Part shown: in pieces, positions 1 through 11,200 of the stretch | Layout: every line of letters starts with the position of its first letter | How positions within the stretch are numbered: position 1 is the first letter of the stretch | NCBI GenBank assembly: GCA_043820105.1 | Contig: JBDREC010000086.1 | Location: 1-40,118 of the forward strand | Reading direction: 5' to 3' | Source: Pseudomonadota bacterium | GTDB lineage: Bacteria > Bdellovibrionota_F > JAHFAK01 > JBDREC01 | Length of the DNA stretch: 40,118 nt | Position numbers and translations under genes: made by a program | The notes under the pieces: generated by a model | The model's input: only the letters and a program-made list of their open reading frames with translations | What the model was told of the DNA's origin: nothing | Database searches by the model: none

Positions 1-1
1 G

Positions 2-70
2 CTCCGCTTTGCAATTAGAGAAGGTGGCAGAACAGTTGGCGCAGGTGTTATTAGCGAAGTAGTGGAATAA
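2..70 (+). CDS. tuf: Elongation factor Tu, C-terminal fragment (gene truncated by window start)
   Basis: Frame 2 reads LRFAIREGGRTVGAGVISEVVE*, the conserved EF-Tu C-terminus. TAA at 68-70. Lies upstream of rpmG-trnW-secE. Confidence 0.97.
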   Translation, partial: LRFAIREGGRTVGAGVISEVVE

Positions 71-150
71 GCTTGTAGCTTGTAGCTTGTAGCTTGTAGT
101 TTAAGATAAAAAATTACCAGCAACCAGCAACTAGCAACCAGTAACTAATA
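71..150. repeat. Pair of heptamer tandem arrays: (GCTTGTA)x4 at 71-98 and ACYARYA x5 at 116-150, roughly inverted to each other
   Basis: Read directly. Second array: ACCAGCA ACCAGCA ACTAGCA ACCAGTA ACTAATA. Its reverse-complement unit GTTGCTG matches GTAGCTT at 5/7. Confidence 0.9.
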
Positions 151-161
151 AAGAGGAAAAA

Positions 162-311
162 ATGAGTGATATAATTCATCTTGAATGCACTGTATGTAAG
201 CATAGAAATTACAGCTCAACAAGAAATAAAAAGAAAAATCAAACAAAGGTTAGATTAAAAAAATACTGCAAATTCTGTCGGAAACATATAGAACATAAAG
301 AGACAAAGTAA
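162..311 (+). CDS. rpmG: 50S ribosomal protein L33, Zn-ribbon (C+) form, 49 aa; missing from the ORF track
   Basis: [49 protein letters not shown], with two CxxC motifs, an AGAGGA RBS and canonical position after tuf. Confidence 0.97.
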   Translation: MSDIIHLECTVCKHRNYSSTRNKKKNQTKVRLKKYCKFCRKHIEHKETK

Positions 312-318
312 GAAATAA

Positions 319-347
319 AGCTGGTAGCTACAAGCTACAAGCTTATT
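319..347. repeat. Heptamer array AGCTACA; 326-347 is the exact reverse complement of 66-87
   Basis: 66-87 AATAAGCTTGTAGCTTGTAGCT vs 326-347 AGCTACAAGCTACAAGCTTATT. Confidence 0.9.
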
Positions 348-348
348 T

Positions 349-422
349 GGGCCTGTAGCTCTAATTGGCAGAGCGGTGGATTCCAAATCCATAGGTTGTC
401 AGTTCGAATCTGGCCAGGCCTG
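349..422 (+). tRNA. trnW: tRNA-Trp (anticodon CCA at 383-385); 3' CCA not encoded
   Basis: Cloverleaf: acceptor GGGCCTG/CAGGCCT, D-arm GCTC/GAGC, anticodon stem GTGGA/TCCAT with loop TTCCAAA, T-arm GTCAG-TTCGAAT-CTGGC, discriminator G422. Conserved position before secE. Confidence 0.97.
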
Positions 423-460
423 TAAATGATGTCTTTATAAAGACTTAAATGAGGTAAATA

Positions 461-832
461 ATGAGTAATCGAAAAATTGTCATTTCATCTTTTTTCGCAG
501 TAGGGTTTTTTCTGTGGTATATTGTTGATAAGATAGTCTTAAATGCATTTCTTTTTGGAAAAGTCACTAATTACATGATTGGTGGATTTCTACCATCATC
601 TCAATTTATTGCTTTTTTGATAGCTGCTGCAGCTATTTTCTTTTCTTTAAAGACTGCTTCAATTAGTGATTTTTGCAATGATGTTGTTAGTGAATTAAAA
701 AAGGTTGCCTGGCCAAATAAAAAAGAAACTTCTGGTGCAACTTTAGTGGTGATAATCACGGTTATAATTTTTTCAATAATATTAGGTATTTTTGATTTTG
801 TATGGGTTAAAGTTATTCAACTTTTTCTATAA
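461..832 (+). CDS. secE: Preprotein translocase subunit SecE
   Basis: ELKKVAWP motif followed by a C-terminal TM helix; GAGGT RBS; synteny with trnW and nusG. Confidence 0.95.
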   Translation: MSNRKIVISSFFAVGFFLWYIVDKIVLNAFLFGKVTNYMIGGFLPSSQFIAFLIAAAAIFFSLKTASISDFCNDVVSELKKVAWPNKKETSGATLVVIITVIIFSIILGIFDFVWVKVIQLFL

Positions 833-935
833 AATCTCTTTTTGGGCATTTAATAATTACTTTCGAGGGTTTTCAAAAAAAAATAAAATTGATCAAGCTG
901 TTAAGTATTTAACAACTTAAAATTATTTATCTAAA

Positions 936-970
936 TAAATGTTGACATTTAGTATTATATACAATATTAG
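936..970 (+). promoter_or_regulatory. Possible sigma70 promoter for nusG, with its -35 inside a 16-bp palindrome
   Basis: TTGACA (942-947), 17 bp, then TATTAG (965-970). Palindrome TAAATGT-TG-ACATTTA at 936-951. Confidence 0.45.
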
Positions 971-1023
971 GCGTCACTCTTTCAAATATATGGACCCGAA
1001 ATGTCCTGAAATTAGAGGTAAAA

Positions 1024-1554
1024 ATGGAATTTAAATGGTACGTTGTTCATACATATTCTGGGTGTGAGAATAAGGCTAAAGAAGCACTCCTGGAGCGTAT
1101 TAAAGCCAAGAAAATGGATGATTTTTTTGACGAGATTCTAATTCCTACCGAAAATGTTGTTGAAATGGTAAAAGGTCAAAAAAAGACCTCAACCAGAAAG
1201 TTTTTTCCAGGGTATATACTTGTTAGAATGCAAATGAACAATGAAACATGGCATCTTGTTAAGAATACAGCTAAAATTAGTGGTTTTGTTGGCGGTGGCA
1301 CTAATCCTCCATCGATCACTGAAGAAGAAGTAGATAAAATTACAACTCAGGTTACTGAAGGTGTTATTGCGCCTAAGCTTAAATTTTCTTTTGAGCAGGG
1401 AGAATCCGTTAGAGTTATTGAAGGTCCGTTTTCAAATTTCAATGGAATTGTTGAAGAGGTTAAACCTGAAAAGGGTAAAGTTAAAGTTATGGTTAGTATT
1501 TTTGGAAGATCTACTCCTGTTGAATTAGATTTTGCACAGGTTGAAAAGAATTAA
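1024..1554 (+). CDS. nusG: Transcription termination/antitermination factor NusG
   Basis: KWYVVHTYSG, FFPGYILV, KOW domain and SIFGRSTPVELDF. Confidence 0.98.
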   Translation: MEFKWYVVHTYSGCENKAKEALLERIKAKKMDDFFDEILIPTENVVEMVKGQKKTSTRKFFPGYILVRMQMNNETWHLVKNTAKISGFVGGGTNPPSITEEEVDKITTQVTEGVIAPKLKFSFEQGESVRVIEGPFSNFNGIVEEVKPEKGKVKVMVSIFGRSTPVELDFAQVEKN

Positions 1555-1606
1555 TACTACCAAATTATTGATTTATCAGCGAAGAGCTGGATTTTAGGAG
1601 ATAAAA

Positions 1607-2032
1607 ATGGCAAAAAAAGTAGTTGGCATGATTAAATTACAGATTCCATCTGGTAAAGCAAACCCATCACCACCTGTTGGTCCAGCCCTTGGTCAGCATG
1701 GTGTGAATATTATGGAATTTTGTAAGGCTTTTAATGCAAGAACACAAGAACTTGGTGACACAATAATCCCGGTTGTCATTTCAGTTTATGCTGACAGGTC
1801 CTTTTCTTTTATTACAAAAACTCCTCCTGCTTCAATACTAATCATGAAAGCAGTTAAGCTGCAAAAAGGTTCTTCAGAACCAAATAAGATAAAAGTTGCA
1901 AAGATATCAATAGATCAAATCAAAGAGATCGCTACAGTTAAGATGCCTGATCTTAATGCAAATAGTATTGAGGCTGCAATGGAGATTATAAAAGGCACAG
2001 CACGAAGCATGGGAATTGATGTAGTTAATTAG
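1607..2032 (+). CDS. rplK: 50S ribosomal protein L11
   Basis: [34 protein letters not shown]. Confidence 0.99.
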   Translation: MAKKVVGMIKLQIPSGKANPSPPVGPALGQHGVNIMEFCKAFNARTQELGDTIIPVVISVYADRSFSFITKTPPASILIMKAVKLQKGSSEPNKIKVAKISIDQIKEIATVKMPDLNANSIEAAMEIIKGTARSMGIDVVN

Positions 2033-2037
2033 GTAGG

Positions 2038-2062
2038 TAGCTTGTAGCTACTTAGCTTGTAG
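2038..2062. repeat. Degenerate TAGCTTG heptamer copies in the rplK-rplA spacer
   Basis: TAGCTTGTAGCT-ACT-TAGCTTGTAG, the same unit as at 71-98. Confidence 0.7.
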
Positions 2063-2100
2063 GAATAAAATTAGGAAAAAAGTTAAAGAAGGTAAATAAA

Positions 2101-2808
2101 ATGAAGTTTAGAGGCAAAAATTATAAGTTATCAGCTGAAAAAATGAGCAGCCAAGATTTATACACATTTGAAGAAGGTGTAAAAAAAGTTACTGAGCTTT
2201 CTACTGTGAAGTTTGATGAAACAGTAGATTTAGCAATAAAGCTTGGTGTTAATCCTAAACATGCTGATCAAATGGTTAGGAGTTCTGTTGTTTTACCTAA
2301 CGGCCTTGGAAAAGAAGTTAGAGTTTTAGCTTTTGCAAAGGGCGACAAGGAAATTGAAGCAAAAGAAGCTGGAGCTGATTATGTTGGTGCTGAAGATTTG
2401 GTTGAAAAAATTCAAGGTGGCTGGTTGGAATTTGAAAAAGTATGTGCAACCCCTGATATGATGGCAAAAGTTGGAAAAATCGGTAGGATTTTGGGAACTA
2501 AGGGTTTAATGCCTAATCCAAAAGTTGGTACAGTAACTATGGATATTGGAAGAGTTGTTAAAGAACTTAAAGCAGGTAAAGTTGAATTTAGAGTTGAAAA
2601 AGCAGGTATTTTACATGCACCAATTGGTAAGGTTTCATTTGGTCCTGAAAAATTAATGGAAAATGCTAAAGCACTTTTAGAGACTGTTCTAAAGCTTAAA
2701 CCACAAACTAGTAAGGGTACTTACATGAAGGCTATAACAATCAGTTCAACTATGGGTGTTGGAATAAAACTTGATACACTTGATGTTAGAAATTATTTTA
2801 AAAAATAA
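2101..2808 (+). CDS. rplA: 50S ribosomal protein L1
   Basis: [28 protein letters not shown]. Confidence 0.99.
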   Translation: MKFRGKNYKLSAEKMSSQDLYTFEEGVKKVTELSTVKFDETVDLAIKLGVNPKHADQMVRSSVVLPNGLGKEVRVLAFAKGDKEIEAKEAGADYVGAEDLVEKIQGGWLEFEKVCATPDMMAKVGKIGRILGTKGLMPNPKVGTVTMDIGRVVKELKAGKVEFRVEKAGILHAPIGKVSFGPEKLMENAKALLETVLKLKPQTSKGTYMKAITISSTMGVGIKLDTLDVRNYFKK

Positions 2809-2827
2809 TAGTTAAGGAGATAAAGCT

Positions 2828-3355
2828 GTGAACAGGAATGATAAAGAAAAAATGGTTGAGCAACTTAAGGATGATTTTTCGAAAATCACTGCAGCTGTTC
2901 TGGCTGATTATAGAGGCACGAATGTTGACTTATTAACAACATTAAGACGAGAACTTCGTAATGAAGATATTAATTTTAAGGTAATTAAAAATACTCTCGC
3001 TAAAAGAGCTATAAAAGGCACAGCAGCAGAAGTCCTGGATAAAGAATTGGAAGGACCGATTGCAATTGCTTATAGCTTTGGCGATGAAATTGCACCAGCT
3101 AAGATAATTTCAAAATTTATTAAAGAACATAAAAATATAACATTTGAAATAAAGGCTGGATATTTGGCAGGCAAGTCTCTTGACAAAACAGAAGTTGATA
3201 ATTTGGCCAAGTTGCCATCTAAACAAGAGCTAATTGGTAAACTTCTTTATCTAATTGGATATCCAATTTCAGGCTTTGTTGGTGTATTACATAATGCAGG
3301 GGCTCAAAGACTTGTTTATGCTTTAGAGGCAATAAAAAAACAAAAAGAAGGATAG
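2828..3355 (+). CDS. rplJ: 50S ribosomal protein L10 (GTG start)
   Basis: DYRG, KVIKNTLAKRA, LAKLPSKQEL; AAGGAG RBS. Confidence 0.97.
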   Translation: MNRNDKEKMVEQLKDDFSKITAAVLADYRGTNVDLLTTLRRELRNEDINFKVIKNTLAKRAIKGTAAEVLDKELEGPIAIAYSFGDEIAPAKIISKFIKEHKNITFEIKAGYLAGKSLDKTEVDNLAKLPSKQELIGKLLYLIGYPISGFVGVLHNAGAQRLVYALEAIKKQKEG

Positions 3356-3444
3356 AATTAAGCTTACCCACGGTTAGCCGCTTGTGGATAAGGTGTTAAA
3401 TTATAAATTGTAACAGAAGTTTACTATGTTTGGAGGTAAATAAC

Positions 3445-3825
3445 ATGGCTGAGAAAATGACAAAAGAAGATCTAGTTTCTTTTATTGAAAATATGACAGT
3501 ACTAGAGCTTTCAGATCTTGTTAAAGAACTTGAAGAAAAATTTGGTGTTTCTGCTGCAGCTCCTGTAGTTGCTGGTGGAGCAGTTGCAGCTGTTGCTGAA
3601 GAAGTTGAAGAACAGACAGAATTTGCTGTTAATTTGGATGCTGTTGGAGACAAGAAAATCCAGGTTATTAAAGTTGTTAGAGCTTTAACAGGCTTAGGCT
3701 TAAAAGAAGCAAAAGACCTGGTTGATTCTGCACCAAAAGCAGTAAAAGAAGGTATTTCTAAAGAAGAAGCAGAAAAAATGAAAAAAGAGCTTGAAGAAGT
3801 TGGAGCTCAAATTACTGTTAAATAG
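3445..3825 (+). CDS. rplL: 50S ribosomal protein L7/L12 (start moved to ATG 3445)
   Basis: [41 protein letters not shown] at 3432-3437 lies 7 nt before ATG 3445, so the track's TTG 3430 overlaps the RBS. Confidence 0.98.
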   Translation: MAEKMTKEDLVSFIENMTVLELSDLVKELEEKFGVSAAAPVVAGGAVAAVAEEVEEQTEFAVNLDAVGDKKIQVIKVVRALTGLGLKEAKDLVDSAPKAVKEGISKEEAEKMKKELEEVGAQITVK

Positions 3826-4094
3826 TTTTTTGACTAATTTTATCTTTTTTTTACAAGGTGCGATAAAATTAAAGTTTTCATGACTAAAATTCATGACATT
3901 AATATTGCCGCTAAAGGGGCTATATGGGTGATTAATTTTTAGCTATTACCCATGATTGTATAGTTGTATAATTTTGCTAAATATTAATTTTATGAAAACA
4001 AAGCTTGTAATTTTTTAAATAAACATTTAAAATTTTTCGGTTTCATTTTAGTCATTCATTTAGAATTTGTTCAAATTTAAGCCAAGGAGTAAGT

Positions 4095-7000
4095 ATGTCA
4101 AAATTAGTTGCGAGCAACTATAGGCATCGTAAAGACTTCGCCCGTATTCCAAAAGTAATCGATATTCCTGATCTAATTGATATTCAGAAAAAATCTTATG
4201 AGAGATTTTTGCAATCAAGCGTTGAGCCAGATCAAAGGAAAAATATTGGTTTACAGAGAGTTTTTACTTCAGTCTTTCCAATCAAAGATTTTAATGATAT
4301 TTCTTCATTAGATTTTGTTAGTTATACTTTTGATAGACCCAAATATGATGTAACAGAATGCTTAACAAGAGGCATGACTTATGCAGCTCCAATAAGAGTT
4401 ACCATAAGATTGGTTGTTTGGGATATTGATGAAGAAACTGGCGAACGTTCAATAAGGGATATTAAAGAGCAAGAAATATATTTTGGTGAAATTCCTTTAA
4501 TGACTGAGACAGGTACATTTGTTATAAATGGAACTGAAAGAGTTGTTGTTAGCCAATTACATAGATCACCTGGTGTTTTCTTTGATTCAGATAAAGGGAA
4601 ATCACATGTTAGTGGGAAAGTTTTACATTCCGCCAGGTTGATACCTTATAGAGGATCTTGGCTAGATTTTGAATTTGATCACAGAGATTTTCTATATGTC
4701 AGAATTGATAGAAGAAGAAAGTTTCATGCAACAATTTTGTTGAAAGCTCTTGGTTATAATGAAGAAGAACTTTTAAATTACTTTTATGAAAAAGCCCATA
4801 TAACTTTTTCTAAAAAAGGAATAATAAAGAAAGTTAGACTTGATTTAATGGCAGGTCAAAAAACATCTGTTGATATTCTTCATCCAAAGAAAAAAGATGT
4901 TCTTTTGAAAAAGGGAAAGAAATTTACTACCTTCTCTATTAAAAAACTTATAAACGCAGGTATCGAAGAGATTCCTATTAGCCAGGAAGATCTTTATGGT
5001 TCACTTGCCTCAGAAGATATAGTAAATCCTGATACTGGTGAAGTGTTTTTACAGGCAGGTGAAGAATTAACTGAAGAAAGATTAAAAGAAATCTTAGATG
5101 CCGGTCTAAAAGAATTTAATTTTCTCCACATTGATGATTATAATGTTGGATCCTATGTTAGAGATACTCTACAAGCGGATAAAATTAATTCAGCAGATGA
5201 TGCATTATTGGATATATATAAGAGAATGAGGCCTGGGGACCCTCCAACAATTGAAACGGCCACTCTATATTTTAATAATCTATTTTTTAATCATGAAAGA
5301 TATGATATTTCTGGTGTTGGTAGATTAAAAATTAACTATAAATTTAATATTAATACACCTCTTGATATATTAACTTTAACAAAAGAAGATATTTTAGCGA
5401 CTGTTAAATATCTTATTGACCTAAAGAATGGTTATGAAAAGGTTGATGATATTGATCACCTGGGTAACAGAAGAGTTAGGTCTGTTGGAGAGCTAGTAGA
5501 AAATCAATACAGAATTGGTCTTGTTAGGATGGAAAGAGCTATTAAAGAAAGAATGTCACTTCAAGAAGTTGATACTTTAATGCCTCATGAGCTTGTTAAT
5601 GCGAAACCTGTTTCAGCTGTTTTGAAAGAATTTTTTGGTTCTTCTCAGCTTTCTCAGTTCATGGATCAAACAAATCCAATTTCTGAAATTACACATAAAA
5701 GAAGATTATCAGCACTTGGTCCTGGTGGTATGACAAGGGAAAGAGCTGGCTTTGAGGTTAGGGACGTTCATCCTACTCATTATGGAAGAATTTGTCCTGT
5801 TGAAACACCTGAAGGACCGAACATTGGTTTGATCGCTTCACTTAGTTCATATGCCATAGTTAATGATTTCGGTTTTATTGAAACACCATATAAAAAGGTT
5901 GAAAATGGAAAAGTTTCTGATGAAATTATTTACTTTTCTGCTTTGGACGAAAAAAACCATGTTATTGCTCAAGCAAATGCAAGATTAGATTCAAACAATA
6001 AATTTATAGATGAATTCGTTGCTGCTAGAAAAAAAGATGAATCTGTTGTTACACCGTCTGGAGAAATCGATTTGATGGATGTTTCCCCTCACCAGCTGGT
6101 GTCTATTGCTGCTTCACTTATTCCATTCCTGGAACATGATGATGCAAACAGAGCATTGATGGGTTCAAACATGCAGAGACAAGCAGTTCCATTAATTAAA
6201 ACAAACGCACCTATTGTTGGGACTGGAATGGAAAGAAGGGTAGCTGCTGATTCTGGTGTTACTGTTGTTGCGAAAAATGATGGTGTTATTGAATGGGTTG
6301 ATGCTTCAAGAATTGTTGTTAAGAAAAATCTTTCAGCTATTACTGATGGATCAATGGTTGATATCTACAATTTGATTAAGTTTCAAAGATCAAATCAAAA
6401 CACCTGTATTAATCAAAAGCCTATCGTTGTAAAAGGTGATATGGTTAAAAAAGGTGATATAATAGCAGATGGTCATGCAACAGATGTAGGTGAGCTTGCC
6501 CTTGGTTATAATGCCGTGGTTGCTTTTATGCCATGGGGTGGCTATAACTTTGAGGATTCAATTTTACTTTCTGAAAAGCTAGTAAAAAATGATGCTTACA
6601 CTTCAATTCATATTGAAGAATTTGAATGTATAGCTCGTGATACAAAACTTGGTAAAGAAGAAATTACCAGAGATATTCCAAATGTAAATGAAGAAGCCTT
6701 AAAAGATTTGGATGATAGCGGTATCATTCGAATTGGAGCTGAAGTTACACCCGGAGATATTCTAGTTGGGAAAATAACCCCCAAGGGTGAGACACAACTT
6801 TCTCCTGAAGAAAAACTTCTTAGAGCAATCTTTGGAGAAAAAGCTGGAGATGTTAAAGATACATCTTTAAGAGTTTCTCCTGGTGTTAGGGGATGTGTTA
6901 TTGATGCAAAAGTCTTTTCACGAGAAGGTATTGAAAAAGACGACAGAGCTAAAGATATTGAGTTCTACGAAATTAAGAAGTTAATGCAGGATCAACAAGA

Positions 7001-8255
7001 TGAAATCAATATTGTTAAAGAGAGTTATGCTCAAAAGATAAGAGAAATACTAAAGGGCAAAACAACTTCAACAAGACTTGTTGACAATGAAGGAAAAGTA
7101 TTAATTGCAAAAGATACTAAACTTACAAAAGAGCTTTTAAGTGAAATTCCAGTTAATTACTTTGAAGAAATTAATGTTGGAGACACTAGTGGAAAAATAG
7201 AAAATGAAATAGACGATGTGTTCACCAACATGAATGAACAGATCGAAATGATCAAAGTTTATTTCTCTGAAAAAATGGATAAACTAAGAAGAGGTGATGA
7301 ACTTCCTCCTGGTGTAATCAAAATGATTAAGGTTTTCGTTGCTGTTAAAAGAAAAATATCAGTTGGCGATAAAATGGCTGGACGTCATGGTAATAAAGGT
7401 GTTGTATCAAGGATACTTCCAGAAGAAGACATGCCATTTTTAAATGATGGTACACCAGTTGATGTTGTTTTAAATCCTCTTGGTGTTCCTTCTCGTATGA
7501 ATGTTGGTCAAATTCTCGAAACTCATTTGGGTTGGGCTGCAAAGGAAGTAGGAAGAGATATTAGGAAATTGATTGAAAAAGCTTCAGACGTTGAAGAATA
7601 CAGAAAAGAATTGATCAAAATCTTTGATACTCAGAGCATGAAAAAAATTATTGAAAACGCATCAAAGGATGAAGTCATTACTTTGTCAAAGCGTATTGCT
7701 GAAAAAGGTATTCATGTTGCAACCAGAGTTTTTGATGGTGCTAATGAACATCAAGTAAAAGCACTACTAAAAAAAGCCGGACTTCCAGAGAATGGACAAG
7801 TCGATCTTTGGGATGGAAGAAATGGTGAAAAGTTCAAAAATCAGGTTACTGTTGGTGTAATGTATATCATGAAACTACATCACCTGGTAGATGATAAAAT
7901 TCATGCTAGATCAATTGGACCATACTCTCTAGTTACTCAACAACCTCTTGGCGGTAAAGCTCAATTTGGTGGTCAGAGACTAGGAGAAATGGAAGTGTGG
8001 GCACTTGAAGCTTATGGCGCAGCTCATTGCTTGCAAGAGTTTCTAACAGTTAAGTCTGATGATATTCAAGGTAGGACTAAAATGTATGAAACTATTGTAA
8101 AACGTGAAGCAAGTGTTAACATTAGTATGCCGGAATCATTTAAAGTACTTGTTAAAGAACTCCAAGGTCTTGGATTGCTTGTGGACCTGGTAAATAGAGA
8201 TGAGTTGAATGCTGATGGCAAGTATGTAGCAAAACTTAAGCAAGTAGAAGAGTAG
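4095..8255 (+). CDS. rpoB: DNA-directed RNA polymerase beta subunit
   Basis: [56 protein letters not shown]; 1386 aa. Confidence 0.99.
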   Translation: MSKLVASNYRHRKDFARIPKVIDIPDLIDIQKKSYERFLQSSVEPDQRKNIGLQRVFTSVFPIKDFNDISSLDFVSYTFDRPKYDVTECLTRGMTYAAPIRVTIRLVVWDIDEETGERSIRDIKEQEIYFGEIPLMTETGTFVINGTERVVVSQLHRSPGVFFDSDKGKSHVSGKVLHSARLIPYRGSWLDFEFDHRDFLYVRIDRRRKFHATILLKALGYNEEELLNYFYEKAHITFSKKGIIKKVRLDLMAGQKTSVDILHPKKKDVLLKKGKKFTTFSIKKLINAGIEEIPISQEDLYGSLASEDIVNPDTGEVFLQAGEELTEERLKEILDAGLKEFNFLHIDDYNVGSYVRDTLQADKINSADDALLDIYKRMRPGDPPTIETATLYFNNLFFNHERYDISGVGRLKINYKFNINTPLDILTLTKEDILATVKYLIDLKNGYEKVDDIDHLGNRRVRSVGELVENQYRIGLVRMERAIKERMSLQEVDTLMPHELVNAKPVSAVLKEFFGSSQLSQFMDQTNPISEITHKRRLSALGPGGMTRERAGFEVRDVHPTHYGRICPVETPEGPNIGLIASLSSYAIVNDFGFIETPYKKVENGKVSDEIIYFSALDEKNHVIAQANARLDSNNKFIDEFVAARKKDESVVTPSGEIDLMDVSPHQLVSIAASLIPFLEHDDANRALMGSNMQRQAVPLIKTNAPIVGTGMERRVAADSGVTVVAKNDGVIEWVDASRIVVKKNLSAITDGSMVDIYNLIKFQRSNQNTCINQKPIVVKGDMVKKGDIIADGHATDVGELALGYNAVVAFMPWGGYNFEDSILLSEKLVKNDAYTSIHIEEFECIARDTKLGKEEITRDIPNVNEEALKDLDDSGIIRIGAEVTPGDILVGKITPKGETQLSPEEKLLRAIFGEKAGDVKDTSLRVSPGVRGCVIDAKVFSREGIEKDDRAKDIEFYEIKKLMQDQQDEINIVKESYAQKIREILKGKTTSTRLVDNEGKVLIAKDTKLTKELLSEIPVNYFEEINVGDTSGKIENEIDDVFTNMNEQIEMIKVYFSEKMDKLRRGDELPPGVIKMIKVFVAVKRKISVGDKMAGRHGNKGVVSRILPEEDMPFLNDGTPVDVVLNPLGVPSRMNVGQILETHLGWAAKEVGRDIRKLIEKASDVEEYRKELIKIFDTQSMKKIIENASKDEVITLSKRIAEKGIHVATRVFDGANEHQVKALLKKAGLPENGQVDLWDGRNGEKFKNQVTVGVMYIMKLHHLVDDKIHARSIGPYSLVTQQPLGGKAQFGGQRLGEMEVWALEAYGAAHCLQEFLTVKSDDIQGRTKMYETIVKREASVNISMPESFKVLVKELQGLGLLVDLVNRDELNADGKYVAKLKQVEE

Positions 8256-8298
8256 AATATAAGATTAATTAACTTGTAAATTATTTAAGGGGTCACTC

Positions 8299-11200
8299 TT
8301 GGAAGAATATAATGATTTATTACAAGAAAGTAAATTAAAATCCATTAAAGATTTAATGGCAATGCGAATATCTTTAGCCTCACCGGAGTCTATTTTAGAA
8401 TGGTCTTTTGGAGAAGTTAAAAAGCCTGAGACAATTAATTATAGAACCTTCAAACCAGAAAGAGATGGTTTGTTTTGTGCTAAAATATTTGGACCAGTTA
8501 AAGACTATGAATGTAACTGCGGCAAATATAAGAGAATGAAGCACAGAGGAATTGTTTGTGAAAAGTGTGGTGTTGAAGTTATTCTTTCTAAAGTTAGAAG
8601 AGAAAGAATGGGACACATTACTCTAGCTACTCCAGTCGCTCATATTTGGTTCTTAAAATCTCTTCCATCAAGAATAGGAACAATTCTTGATCTTTTATTA
8701 AAAGATTTGGAAAAGGTTTTATATTGTGAATCTTATATTGTTACAGATCCTGGAGATACATCATTAAAAGAAAAAGCATTGTTGACTGATGAAGAATATA
8801 GCGAGGCACAGGAAAAGTTTGGTGCTAGATTCTCCGCTGGTATGGGTGCTGAAGCTATAAAAGAACTTTTAAAGAAACTAGATGTAGAAACAGATTCTAT
8901 TGAACTCAGAAGAGAGCTTGTAACTGTTACTTCTGAAGCAAAAAGAAAAAAGATTATAAAAAGATTGAAAGTTGTTGATGCTTTTAGACAGTCAGGCAAT
9001 AAACCTGAATGGATGATTATGGATGTTGTTCCTGTTATTCCACCTGATCTTAGGCCTTTAGTTCCACTGGATGGCGGAAGGTTTGCAACTTCAGATCTTA
9101 ATGATCTTTATAGAAGAGTAATTAATAGAAATAATCGTCTGAAAAGATTGATGGAGCTTAATGCCCCTGAGATTATTATTCGAAATGAAAAAAGAATGTT
9201 ACAAGAATCAGTTGATGCCCTTTTTGATAATGGCAGAAGAGGCAAGGCAATCGTTGGTTCTAATAAGAGACCTTTAAAATCTCTAAGTGACATGATCAAA
9301 GGTAAACAAGGTCGATTTAGACAGAACCTTCTTGGTAAGAGAGTTGATTATTCTGGCAGGTCAGTTATTGTTGTTGGTCCAGAACTCAAGCTTCATCAGT
9401 GCGGTCTTCCTAAAAAAATGGCTCTAGAGCTATTTAAACCATTTATTTATGGTAAATTAGAAGAAAGAAATCTTGTTTCAACTATTAAGAGCGCTAAAAA
9501 GATGGTTGAAAAAGAAAGACCAGAAGTTTGGGATATTTTAGATGAGGTTATTAAAGAACATCCAATCTTGCTAAACCGAGCGCCAACTCTACACAGGTTA
9601 GGTGTTCAGGCATTTGAACCTGTTCTTATTGAAGGTAAGGCTATTAGATTGCATCCACTTGTTTGTTTAGCTTTTAATGCTGACTTTGACGGTGATCAGA
9701 TGGCTGTTCACTTACCGCTGTCAATTGAGTCTCAAATTGAGTCTCGTGTTATTATGCTTTCTACAAATAATATTTTATCACCTGCAAGTGGTCAACCAAT
9801 TATTATACCAACACAAGATATTGTTTTGGGGCTTTATTATTTAACAAGAGAAAAGCCAGGTGTTCCTGGTACAGGAATGATTTTATCTTCTAAAAGTGAA
9901 GTTGTTTCAGCATATGACGCAGATGTCTTGGATATACATGCAGCTATTACTGTTAGAATGGATGGTAAGAGAGTAAAAACAACTACTGGAAGAATTATTT
10001 TTTCTGAAATTATTCCCAAAGAAATATCTTACAATGAAATTAACCGGGTTATGGATAAAAAAACCTTGGCAAAACTCATCAATGTTTGCTTTAGAAGAGC
10101 AGGTGGGAAAAAAGCTGTTCTTTTAGCCGATAACATGAGAACCATGGGTTATAAGTATTCAACTCAAGCAGGTATTTCTATTTGTCTTGATGATATGGTT
10201 ATTCCTGATAAAAAAGAACCACTTATTAAAAAAGCTTGGGATGATGTTGAAGATATTCAAACTCAATATCGTGAAGGTCTTATTACTGACGGTGAAAGAT
10301 ATAATAAGGTTATTGATATTTGGGCCCAAGTTTCTGAAAATGTTGCAACTGAGATGATGAAAAATCTTGCAACTGATGATATAAAAGATGAAAAAGGTAA
10401 GACTCAAAAAGTTACAAGTTTTAATTCTATTTACATGATGGCTGATTCTGGCTCAAGAGGTAGTTCTCAACAGATCAGGCAGTTAGCTGGTATGAGGGGC
10501 TTGATGGCAAAACCATCCGGTGAAATTATGGAAACCCCAATTACTGCTAACTTTAGAGAAGGTCTTACTGTTTTACAATATTTTATTTCAACCCACGGTG
10601 CTAGAAAGGGTCTAGCTGATACAGCGTTAAAAACAGCAAACTCTGGTTATTTAACTAGAAGGCTTGTTGATGTAGCTCAAGACGCGATAATTACTGAAAA
10701 AGATTGTGGTACCTTAGATGGTATTTATATTTCATCTCTAGTAGAAGGAGGTGAGATCATTGAAACAGTTGGAGATCGTATTTTAGGCAGGGTTGTCTCC
10801 CCTGATATTCTTGATCCATTTACACAAGAAGTATTGATTAAATCAAACACTGCTTTGACAGAAGCTCACATTGAAATTATTGAAAATGCTGGCCTTGAAA
10901 AGGTTATGATTAGATCGGTTCTTACATGTAGAGCAAAACGTGGTATTTGTGTTCGTTGTTATGGTCGAGATCTTGGTAGAGGTAAAATGGTTAACCTGGG
11001 AGAAGCAGTTGGTGTTATTGCTGCTCAGTCAATTGGTGAGCCTGGAACTCAGCTTACAATGCGTACTTTCCACGTTGGTGGTACAGCAACAAGAGCAGCT
11101 GAGCAAAGCACCTTGATTGCCAAGAATGATGGTGTTGTTAAGTTTAATAATCTTTCCAGTGTTGAATCTGTCGATAAACAGCTTGTTGTTGTAAATAGAA

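Noticed and set aside
3383-3391. Replication origin suggested by a perfect DnaA box
   Set aside because: There is one perfect box in a short spacer within a ribosomal operon, with no box cluster or dnaA/dnaN context.
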